Below, one piece after another: positions 24,615-32,000 of a DNA stretch of 32,000 bases. The position numbers and the translations under genes were made by a program. Each line of letters starts with the position of its first letter. Position 1 is the first letter of the stretch. Source of the stretch: Kiritimatiella glycovorans (lineage in GTDB: Bacteria > Verrucomicrobiota > Kiritimatiellia > Kiritimatiellales > Kiritimatiellaceae). A model generated the notes under the pieces. The model did not search any database, was not told where the DNA came from, and was given only the letters and a program-made list of their open reading frames with translations. The stretch lies in assembly GCF_001017655.1 (NCBI RefSeq), contig NZ_CP010904.1, positions 1,080,001 to 1,112,000 of the forward strand. The letters are read 5' to 3'.

Positions 24615-25652
24615 ATGAAATCGATGAAATTGACCGGTTTGCGTCAGATGCAGATGATGGAGGGCCCCGCGCCGGAACTCGTCCGCGACGACGACGTGCT
24701 GATCACGATGAAGGCCGTCGGGGTCTGCGGCTCGGACGTCCATTACTACGAGACGGGACGGATCGGTTCTCAGGTGGTGGCGTATCCCTTCGCAGTAGGC
24801 CATGAGGGCGCGGGGGAGGTGGCGGCTGTGGGAACGGCGGTGACGAAGGTGAAGCCCGGCGACCGCGTGGCGATCGACCCGGCGAATCCCTGCGGCACCT
24901 GCGATCAGTGCCGGGCCGGTCGGCCGCATACCTGTCGTCATCTGACCTATCTCGGATGTCCGAAGCAGGCCGAGGGCTGTCTCTCCGAACAGATCGTGAT
25001 GCCCGAAGATTCGTGTCTCCCGCTGCCCGATGACGTGAGCTACGAAGAGGCGGCGATCTCCGAACCGCTCTCGATCGGGATGTACGCCGTCGAGCTTTCC
25101 GTCCCCGTGCCGGGCACCCGGATCGGCATCCTCGGGGCCGGACCGATCGGGCTCAGTGTATTGCTTCCCGCGCGGGCGCAGGGGGCGAAGGCGATCTATG
25201 TGACGGATAAACTCGATCCCCGGATCGCCCTCGCAAAGAAGGCCGGGGCGACGTGGGGCGGCCATCCGGATCGCGAAGATATCGTGGCGCGCGTACTCGA
25301 ACAGGAACCGGGCGGCCTCGATGTCGTGTTCGAGTGCTGCGGAGAACAGGACGCCCTCGATCAGGCGATCGATCTGCTGAAGCCGGGGGGCAAACTGATG
25401 CTGATCGGGATTCCGCCGACCGCGGAGCGGGTAAGTTTCGAGATCGACAAATTGCGCCACAAGGAGATCGCGATTCAGAACGTACGCCGTCAGAATGGGT
25501 GCGCGCAAAAGGCCATCGACCTGATCGCACAGCGCGTGTTCGATGTGAACCTGATGACGACCCACCGGTTCGACTTCGCGCGTACCGCCGAGGCCTTCGA
25601 TCTGGTGGCGGCCTACCGCGACGGGGTGGTCAAGGCGATGATTCATTTCTGA
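24615..25652 (+). CDS. Zn-dependent medium-chain dehydrogenase (sorbitol / L-iditol / threonine dehydrogenase-like)
   Basis: GVCGSDVHYYETGRIG, GHEGAGEV, and the structural-Zn cysteine cluster CGTCDQCRAGRPHTC, with the Rossmann motif GILGAGPIGL. The start could be 24615 or the in-frame ATG at 24624. Confidence 0.88.
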   Translation: MKSMKLTGLRQMQMMEGPAPELVRDDDVLITMKAVGVCGSDVHYYETGRIGSQVVAYPFAVGHEGAGEVAAVGTAVTKVKPGDRVAIDPANPCGTCDQCRAGRPHTCRHLTYLGCPKQAEGCLSEQIVMPEDSCLPLPDDVSYEEAAISEPLSIGMYAVELSVPVPGTRIGILGAGPIGLSVLLPARAQGAKAIYVTDKLDPRIALAKKAGATWGGHPDREDIVARVLEQEPGGLDVVFECCGEQDALDQAIDLLKPGGKLMLIGIPPTAERVSFEIDKLRHKEIAIQNVRRQNGCAQKAIDLIAQRVFDVNLMTTHRFDFARTAEAFDLVAAYRDGVVKAMIHF

Positions 25653-25672
25653 GGGCAGGGGAGGAGAACGGG

Positions 25673-26326
25673 ATGAACAGACGGGCGACGGGCATGATGC
25701 TGGGGCTGGCGGCGTTGCTGGCGGCGGGGCCGGTTGTCGGTCTGGCGTCGCGGCATCCGGGCGATGAGACGCCGCGGCTGATCTATTACGGGGTTTTCGA
25801 TCTCGATCGAGACGTGGAGCACATCACCAGTCATGCCGGGACGGGGATGGCGGAGGTGCGGCTGGCCCCCGATCCGAAAAGAACCGGAACCGCCTCACTC
25901 CAGCTCGATCTGCGGCTGGATGCGGAGAATGCTCTGGGACGCTGGATTTATCCGATCCCGCAGTTCCGGTTCGACCGGGTATCCTTCTGGCTCGAAACGG
26001 GGGCTGTGGAGCCGGCCGGACTGGTGATTACCGCGAATGTGCTCGGCGGCGACCGCCAGATCTATCACCTCGCCGCCCGTACGGTCCAGACCCGGCCGGG
26101 GTGGCAAAAGATCGAGTTCAGTCTGCCGGAGGATGTCACGGGCATCGCCAATGACCCGCTGTTCAGTACGGTGGATCAGTTGAACCGCGCGCGGCTGCAT
26201 AAGCGCAAACAGCGTCTGCTGGCCGTGGATTTTCAGATCGCCCCGGCGAGTTCCGTCAGGACGGCTCACGGTCCGATCTATCTGGACCAATTGGAATTCT
26301 ACCTGCGAGGGAATTATGCTCCGTAA
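25673..26326 (+). CDS. Secreted hypothetical protein (~217 aa), possibly a beta-sandwich/CBM-like fold
   Basis: ATG at 25673 with a ggggaggag RBS and the signal peptide MNRRATGMMLGLAALLAAGPVVGLA. The longer ORF starting at 25253 overlaps the dehydrogenase and is Arg-rich. I recognise no family. Confidence 0.6.
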   Translation: MNRRATGMMLGLAALLAAGPVVGLASRHPGDETPRLIYYGVFDLDRDVEHITSHAGTGMAEVRLAPDPKRTGTASLQLDLRLDAENALGRWIYPIPQFRFDRVSFWLETGAVEPAGLVITANVLGGDRQIYHLAARTVQTRPGWQKIEFSLPEDVTGIANDPLFSTVDQLNRARLHKRKQRLLAVDFQIAPASSVRTAHGPIYLDQLEFYLRGNYAP

Positions 26327-28526
26327 CATCAGAGTGCTCGCGCTGTTCATGGGGGTGGGGGTGCTGGCCGGGCTCGGCCGTGCGGAGGACGAAACCTTCT
26401 TTCACATGCAGTGGGTCCATCCGGACAACGAGATGGCCTACTACATCGTCGACGATGGAGAAGGGCGCTGGCTGCCCTCGGCCCAGGGCGTCTCCATGTT
26501 CGCCCTCGGATTCGAACACGGCTATACCACGCCCGGCGAGAAGGCGCGCCGTTACCGTACCCTGAGTCTGAGCGGCCATGATTCTGGATGGATTGAGGCA
26601 CCGGTCACGGTGACCGGAACCGTCACGCGCGCGGGGAATCCGCTCAAGGCCGATTACCGGCTCTCGCCGGACGGAACCCCGGCCGGGAGCGGAGAGGACT
26701 TTTATCTGCCGTTGCGCGATGCCTATGACAAGGCGTGGATCGAGGCCGGGCTCGATCGTCATTACGCGCTTGATCGCGTCGAACTGACCGCCGACGCCGA
26801 GGGGCGCTTTCCGCGTGACTTCGATCTGGAGATTACCGTGGACGGCGGCGAGCACTGGAACGTCGTGCCGAAGGCGCGGTTTCTTCATTTCCCCAACCCC
26901 GGCGACGCGACCGTGGTGGTGCGACTCAACGGGGTGGTCGCCGATGGTGTACGGCTGGTCACGTTTCATCGCGATCCGGAAGCGGACGGCTCGTACGCGC
27001 TCGCGCTGGGCGCGATGCGTGTGATCGGAGACCGGGAGTTCCGCTTTGCCGCGGACGGATTGACCGAGCGCGAACAGGCGTGCTGGAACAATCTCTGGCT
27101 CATCTTTGGCGAGGCGGCGAACGAGATCCATGACTATCACAATCCCGTGTGGCCGACCGATCGGCCCTACAGCGGCGGGATGCTCGCGATCTTTTCATCG
27201 GAATGGGCGCTCTGGAACGCCATGAAGATGGCGTGGATCGATTCGAAATGGATGCCGGACTGGATCGATACCATCCGCCGGTACCCGATCACCGACCGCG
27301 GCTACATCTACCTGACGCCCACGGAGGATCGCCATCTCGGTCACAGCCGTCATTACGCCGGGACGGCAATCTATGTGTCCGCCGTCTCGCATTACTACCT
27401 GATGACTCGCGATCGCGCGTCGCTGGAAGAGAAGAGCGGGGTCGACGGCCTGTCGATCCTGGAGAAGGCCGACCGCGGGATGGGCCTCTTTCTGGACGAG
27501 CTGGGCGGTCGCTCGGGGCTGGTTACGATCGACGATCCCGAGCTGCAGGGTCTGCCGGAGAGCCGTAGCGCCAACTACTGGGACGGCTGGCCGTTCGGGT
27601 ATCAGTCCGCCTACCTCAATGCCCACGTCTACGATGCGCTGATCCGGTACGCCGATCTGCTCGAGGCGCTGGGCGGGGAGGGCCGGCGCGCAAAAATGAT
27701 GCGGACGGCGGCGGCCCGCATGAAGCGGCGTTTCAACCAGACCTTCTGGAACGAGGCGAAGGGGCGCTACATTGGATGGATCGACGCGCGTGGCGAGCGT
27801 ATCGATTACGGGTTCACCTTCCTGAATCTGAAGGCGGTCGACTTCGGTCTTGCTCCACCCGAACGCGCCGGACGGATCATGGCCTGGATCAACGGCGACC
27901 GGGAGATCGCGGACGATACGTCGATCGGCCGGGATATCTACCACTGGAACATTGCCCCGCGCTCGACCACGCTCTCCGCGGAGTCTACCGGCGATAAACG
28001 GTTTAAACTTTTTCATGGCCAGGCCGTCGAGCTCGGCGACTTCAATCACGCCTCGTGGGAAATCAACGCCCAGAATGGGGGCATGATCCTGTTCACGTCC
28101 TATTACGATCTCCACGCCCGTCTGCGCGTGCTCGGATTCGATAACGCGATGGAGCGGATGCGGGCGATCCTGAACGAGGCCGCCCGCACGGAGCTGCGCT
28201 GGATGCCGATTACGCCCTTCGGGGTGGGTACGCCGGTGGGGGCCGTGCGCGAATTCCCCGAGAGCGGCCTGGTCCCGTTCTTCTTTATCGATGGTGTCAT
28301 GGGCATTCGTCCCATACCCGAGGGTCTCTCCATCCACCCAAGATTCCCGGAATCGTGGGGCGAAGTGACCGTTCGGGATTTTCATTTCGCCGGCCGGACC
28401 TTCGATATCACGGCGTCGCACAAGATCGCTGAACGAACGATCGAACCCTGCGGAGGGCAGGGGCTGTGTGTTCGCGTTCCCGCCGGCGTCGAAAGCCGTC
28501 TGTCGAATCCCGCCTCACGACCCTGA
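26316..28526 (+). CDS. Secreted protein with a discoidin (F5/8 type C)-like domain and a C-terminal (alpha/alpha)6 six-hairpin glycosidase-like domain; family unassigned
   Basis: Signal peptide MLRNIRVLALFMGVGVLAGLGRA. DRHYALDRVELTADAEGRFPRDFDLEITVDGGEHWNVV...GVRLV is discoidin-like. YWDGWPFGYQSAYLNAHVYDALIRYADLLEALGGEGRRAKMMRTAAARMKRRFNQTFWNEAKGRYIGWID resembles the helix-hairpin pattern of GH78/GH15/GH63-type catalytic domains. It overlaps the upstream gene by 11 nt. Confidence 0.7.
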   Translation: MLRNIRVLALFMGVGVLAGLGRAEDETFFHMQWVHPDNEMAYYIVDDGEGRWLPSAQGVSMFALGFEHGYTTPGEKARRYRTLSLSGHDSGWIEAPVTVTGTVTRAGNPLKADYRLSPDGTPAGSGEDFYLPLRDAYDKAWIEAGLDRHYALDRVELTADAEGRFPRDFDLEITVDGGEHWNVVPKARFLHFPNPGDATVVVRLNGVVADGVRLVTFHRDPEADGSYALALGAMRVIGDREFRFAADGLTEREQACWNNLWLIFGEAANEIHDYHNPVWPTDRPYSGGMLAIFSSEWALWNAMKMAWIDSKWMPDWIDTIRRYPITDRGYIYLTPTEDRHLGHSRHYAGTAIYVSAVSHYYLMTRDRASLEEKSGVDGLSILEKADRGMGLFLDELGGRSGLVTIDDPELQGLPESRSANYWDGWPFGYQSAYLNAHVYDALIRYADLLEALGGEGRRAKMMRTAAARMKRRFNQTFWNEAKGRYIGWIDARGERIDYGFTFLNLKAVDFGLAPPERAGRIMAWINGDREIADDTSIGRDIYHWNIAPRSTTLSAESTGDKRFKLFHGQAVELGDFNHASWEINAQNGGMILFTSYYDLHARLRVLGFDNAMERMRAILNEAARTELRWMPITPFGVGTPVGAVREFPESGLVPFFFIDGVMGIRPIPEGLSIHPRFPESWGEVTVRDFHFAGRTFDITASHKIAERTIEPCGGQGLCVRVPAGVESRLSNPASRP

Positions 28527-28760
28527 GGCTTTGGACGCAGGGTTAATAGGAATGGATGTTTTTTTAAATTTATCATTGAACGCTTATCCACCCCTTATGT
28601 ATAAGTTACCCATTGGGTTGATGTCAGAAGGCGCACAAGCAGAGGAAAACTGGAAACATCAATATAATGTATAATATTGTCATTTCAGGATAAGAAGTTC
28701 TGTGCAGACCGGATGAATATCTATGTCAGAATCCTTAAGCCAAAAAGGAGGAGATGAGCG
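28527..28760 (+). promoter_or_regulatory. AT-rich leader/promoter region upstream of the PEP-CTERM gene
   Basis: Base composition drops sharply here (tttttttaaatttatcattgaa..., aatataatgtataatattgtcat). Two overlapping TATAAT hexamers lie at 28663-28668 and 28670-28675, and an aaaaaggaggag RBS at 28742-28753. No convincing -35 element is seen. Confidence 0.45.
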
Positions 28761-31082
28761 ATGAGAGCATGGCGTATGGGTTTAGTGGTGTTGTGTGGGC
28801 TGGTGGCGATGAGCGCTTCGGCCCAGTTCGTATGGGACGGGGGAGCGGCCCCGGACGGAAACTGGTCGGCGGACAACTGGACGGGCACGGCGCCCGCAGC
28901 CAGTTTCAGCGACGATTTTCAGTTCGACGGTACGACGGGACTGGTCAACACGAACGACCTGACCGGTGGTACGGCGAATTCCATTACGTTCAACTCGGGT
29001 GCGGGTGCGTTCACGCTCGAGGGCAATGCGATTACGCTCGGCGGCGATATTGAGAATTACAGCGCGAGTTCGCAGACCATCAATCTCGATATGGTGATGA
29101 TGGGCGCGACCCGCACGGTGAACACCTGGTCGAATAACATCACGCTGGGCGGCGTACTCAGCGGAGCCGGCGGACTGACCAAGGGCAATACGGACAACGA
29201 TCTGTATCTGACCGGCGACAACACCTTTACGGGGCCCGTCTGGATTCAGAGAGATGCTTTGTTTGTCGATTCGATCAACAGCGTGAGCGGGGGAAGCGCG
29301 AGCAGCAGTCTCGGTGCCCCGACGACGGAAGCCGACGGAACGATTACGTTTGGCACGGGCTACCGGGGCGGAGCGCTTCGGTACACCGGCACCGGCGAAA
29401 CAACCGACCGGCGTATCAAGTTTGCAGGGCTTGGCGGTGCGACGCTCGCACAGGACGGCACCGGTCATCTCGAGTTTACTGGCGACACCGTGAACGCGAA
29501 TGATTGGGAGTACAGGATGCTCCTCACGGGTTCGACGGCGGGCACGGCCGAATTCTCGGGGGTCATCGGTCAAGGAACCACTACCAGCAATAGCGTCCTG
29601 AAACAGGGAACCGGTACTTGGACGCTTTCGGGCAATAACACGTATTTGGGGGGCACGGAGGTGCAGGCCGGGACGTTGAAGCTCGATCGCAGTGGAGGTA
29701 CCCTGGCGGACAGTGGCAGCGTGACCGTTTCCGGCGGTACGCTCGAGGTGGTCCAGTCGGATACGGTGGGTGATGTGACGCTCTCCAGCGGATCGATCAC
29801 CGGCGCGGGCACACTCACGGCCAATTCAGTCACCGCCAACAATGGCAGCGGGACAACCACGATCAGCGCCGAGCTCGGCGGATCGGGGTCGTTTACCAAG
29901 TCGGGGGCGGGACAGGTCAGCGTGACGACGACGAGTGACAGCTTCAGCGGTGATATAGACCTGCAGGGCGGCACCATAGAGGTGCAGGCTGACAACGCAC
30001 TCGGCACCGGTACACTCACCATGGCCGACGGGACAACGCTCGATGCACTGGACAACACAGAGTTCGATGTCACCAACGACATAGATATCAATGGCGACGT
30101 GAACTTCGGCGTCGGTGTGACGCGCATGTTGACCCTCGACGGCGATGTGGACTTGGGGTCGAGCGACCGTGTGATCAGCTACCGATCCGGCGGCAACGGA
30201 AACTTTACGTTGTTCTTCAATGGCGAGATTTCGGGAAGCGGACGGATGATCCTCGACTCGTTCGCCGGAAATGACTACGTCCACTTGTCCAATACTGGCA
30301 ATTCCATGGCCGGAGTGACCTTGGTCGATGGCGCTTTGTTGCTAGAGGGGGGGATGGCAGAAAACGAGACCACCTTGGGCAGCGGCACGTTCATTGTCCA
30401 GAGCGGGACTTTAGCTGCTCAAGGGCACCAAACCGCTCAAATCTACAACGACGTTCTTCTGCAAGGTGATGTCAAAATCGTTTCTGCCAATGGCGACGTT
30501 GAGATCTATGGCGACGTTGATCTCGATGGCGGGACCCGGACGATCAGCATGTTTAGCAATGCTGGTGAGGAAGAGATCAACGGGGTGATCAGCAATGGCG
30601 GGTTGACACTCGCGAAAGATGGCAGCGCACCCGGCGGGCGCACCATGTCTCTCGGCGGCGTCAACACCTACACCGGCGACACGGTGATCGGAGCCGATAC
30701 GACGCTGCTGCTCACGGACGACGCCGCCTTGAGCTTCGACATCGACGGTGCGGGCGTGAACAACGATCTCTCCGGCGATGGTTCATTGAGCCTGGCGGGG
30801 GATTTCATCTTTGATCTCACCGGGGCGAGCACAACTTCGGGCACGGTCTGGCAGATCATCGACGCCGGGTTGCTGGGTGATACGACGCATGAAGGGAGCT
30901 TCAGTGTCGTCAATTTCAACGATGTCAACGACGACGGGCTCTGGAATCGCAGTGCGAACGGCACGGTGTACCAGTACGATGAATCGGGCGGTACGCTGAC
31001 GGTGATCCCGGAACCGGCCGCGATCGGGCTGATGCTCGCGAGCGGGGCGATCTTCCTGCTCCGGCGCCGTCTGGTGATCTGA
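28761..31082 (+). CDS. PEP-CTERM-anchored surface protein with autotransporter-associated beta-strand repeats
   Basis: Signal peptide MRAWRMGLVVLCGLVAMSASA. Opening motif FVWDGGAAPDGNWSADNWTG, with repeated GTGTWTLSGNNTYLGGTEVQAGTLKL-type units. The C-terminal VIPEPAAIGLMLASGAIFLLRRRL has the PEP motif, a TM helix and a basic tail. Confidence 0.88.
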   Translation: MRAWRMGLVVLCGLVAMSASAQFVWDGGAAPDGNWSADNWTGTAPAASFSDDFQFDGTTGLVNTNDLTGGTANSITFNSGAGAFTLEGNAITLGGDIENYSASSQTINLDMVMMGATRTVNTWSNNITLGGVLSGAGGLTKGNTDNDLYLTGDNTFTGPVWIQRDALFVDSINSVSGGSASSSLGAPTTEADGTITFGTGYRGGALRYTGTGETTDRRIKFAGLGGATLAQDGTGHLEFTGDTVNANDWEYRMLLTGSTAGTAEFSGVIGQGTTTSNSVLKQGTGTWTLSGNNTYLGGTEVQAGTLKLDRSGGTLADSGSVTVSGGTLEVVQSDTVGDVTLSSGSITGAGTLTANSVTANNGSGTTTISAELGGSGSFTKSGAGQVSVTTTSDSFSGDIDLQGGTIEVQADNALGTGTLTMADGTTLDALDNTEFDVTNDIDINGDVNFGVGVTRMLTLDGDVDLGSSDRVISYRSGGNGNFTLFFNGEISGSGRMILDSFAGNDYVHLSNTGNSMAGVTLVDGALLLEGGMAENETTLGSGTFIVQSGTLAAQGHQTAQIYNDVLLQGDVKIVSANGDVEIYGDVDLDGGTRTISMFSNAGEEEINGVISNGGLTLAKDGSAPGGRTMSLGGVNTYTGDTVIGADTTLLLTDDAALSFDIDGAGVNNDLSGDGSLSLAGDFIFDLTGASTTSGTVWQIIDAGLLGDTTHEGSFSVVNFNDVNDDGLWNRSANGTVYQYDESGGTLTVIPEPAAIGLMLASGAIFLLRRRLVI

Positions 31083-31100
31083 GTCTGACATAGCCCCTTG

Positions 31101-31135
31101 GAAGGCCCGGTCGATAGCGACCGGGCCTTCTTTAT
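31101..31135 (+). terminator. Rho-independent terminator of the PEP-CTERM gene
   Basis: GAAGGCCCGGTCG-atag-CGACCGGGCCTTC forms a 13-bp perfect stem followed by TTTAT, 19 nt after the stop codon. Confidence 0.8.
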
Positions 31136-31138
31136 GCG

Positions 31139-32000
31139 GTCATCCGCTGCGAGCGATCCCCTGGAGGGACGGCTTCCACGCCGTCCACAAAAGCGGCGCG
31201 CTCGGAGATCGCGCCCTACCTGAAAACGCGGGCCGACCCTTGCGATGGAATCGGTCGGGGTGGAACCCGACCCTCCACGCCGTCCGTTGTGAGCGATCCC
31301 CTGGAGGGACGGCTTCCACGCCGTCCACAAAAGCGGCGCGCTCGGAGATCGTGCCCTACCTGAAAACGCGGGCCGACCCTTGCGATGGAATCGGTCGGGG
31401 TGGAACCCGACCCTCCACGCCGTCCGTTGTGAGCGATCCCCTGGAGGGACGGCTTCCACGCCGTCCGCAAAAGCGGCGCGCTCGGAGATCGCGCCCTACC
31501 TGAAAACGCGGGCCGACCCTTGCGATGGAATCGGTCGGGGTGGAACCCGACCCTCCACGCCGTCCGCTGCGAGCGATCCCCTGGAGGGACGGCTTCCACG
31601 CCGTCCGCAAAAGCGGCGCGCTCGGAGATCGCGCCCTACCTGAAAACGCGGGCCGACCCTTGCGATGGAATCGGTCGGGGTGGAACCCGACCCTCCACGC
31701 CGTCCGTTGTGAGCGATCCCCTGGAGGGACGGCTTCCACGCCGTCCGCAAAAGCGGCGCGCTCGGAGATCGTGCCCTATCGGAAAACGCGGGCCGACCCT
31801 TGCGATGGAATCGGTCGGGGTGGAACCCGACCCTCCACGCCGTCCGTTGTGAGCGATCCCCTGGAGGGACGGCTTCCACGCCGTCCACAAAAGCGGCGCG
31901 CTCGGAGATCGTGCCCTACCTGAAAACGCGGGCCGACCCTTGCGATGGAATCGGTCGGGGTGGAACCCGACCCTCCACGCCGTCCGCTGCGAGCGATCCC
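31139..32000 (+). repeat. Tandem array of a 140-bp composite hairpin unit, at least 6 copies, truncated by the window end
   Basis: gagcgatccc recurs at 31151, 31291, 31431, 31571, 31711, 31851 and 31991, an exact 140-bp period. Units differ at only 1-4 positions. Each contains GGAGGGACGGcttccacgCCGTCC (A), GGCGCGctcggagatCGCGCC, and GGTCGGGgtggaaCCCGACCCTCC (B, an inverted relative of A). Confidence 0.95.

Noticed and set aside
25253-25672. Upstream 140 codons of ORF 25253..26326.
   Set aside because: This part overlaps the 3' end of the Zn-dehydrogenase gene in another frame and is Arg/Gly-rich. A good RBS, an ATG and a signal peptide occur at 25673, which I take as the real start.
28468-28674. 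68-aa ORF running from the end of the six-hairpin gene into the AT-rich spacer.
   Set aside because: It has no RBS, overlaps the upstream CDS and is of mixed composition. It is more plausibly non-coding promoter DNA.
31140-31923. Multiple 60-130-aa ORFs on both strands across the 140-bp array (e.g. 31525..31923 +, 31496..31888 -), and similar ORFs over 24137..24616.
   Set aside because: They are generated by the repeats themselves. The 140-bp period is not a multiple of 3, so the frame rotates from unit to unit, and both strands and several frames are open simply because the unit is GC-rich. The one longer ORF exists only because unit 5 lost a TGA (acctga to atcgga).

Overview
High-GC window whose gene content (many sulfatases, a PEP-CTERM anchor, autotransporter-type beta-strand repeats) suggests a PVC-superphylum organism such as Kiritimatiellota or Verrucomicrobiota; this taxonomic call is inference only. 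It has four parts. (1) 1-4170: the right part of an IS3-family element (the window opens at its A-run frameshift site), then a 1001-aa secreted GH32-like/LamG multidomain protein. (2) 4.3-9.1 kb: a graveyard of mobile-element debris. It holds an internally deleted IS1380-like transposase, a 5'-truncated group II intron with an intact RT/maturase ORF and clear domains V and VI, and a lower-GC vapBC module whose vapC stop overlaps the ATG of a truncated rbfA. It also holds an IS91 C-terminal fragment, a 40-bp perfect palindrome, glycoside-hydrolase gene fragments and an IS4-family N-terminal fragment. (3) 9.2-31.1 kb: a co-directional (+) CAZyme/sulfatase locus with no SusCD pair. In order: GH78 alpha-L-rhamnosidase (broken by a 1-nt frameshift in a G7 tract), sulfatase, RhaT rhamnose/H+ symporter, two paralogous right-handed beta-helix proteins, a 62-codon GH78 C-terminal remnant, a second sulfatase, a GH127-like enzyme, a GlcD-type FAD oxidase, a Zn-dependent dehydrogenase, a small secreted protein, a discoidin + six-hairpin glycosidase-like protein, and a PEP-CTERM surface protein. 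The content fits degradation of a sulfated, rhamnose-rich glycan. (4) A family of GC-rich hairpin repeats (core (T/G)AGGGACGG-loop-CCGTCC, with a GGAGGGTCGGG-loop-CCCGACC sister type) fills the larger intergenic gaps. After the PEP-CTERM gene it becomes a near-identical 140-bp tandem array that runs off the window end. I see no CRISPR array, rRNA or tRNA. The least explained signals are the repeat family and its arrays, the truncated intron RT behind vapBC, and the uncharacterised beta-helix and six-hairpin proteins.
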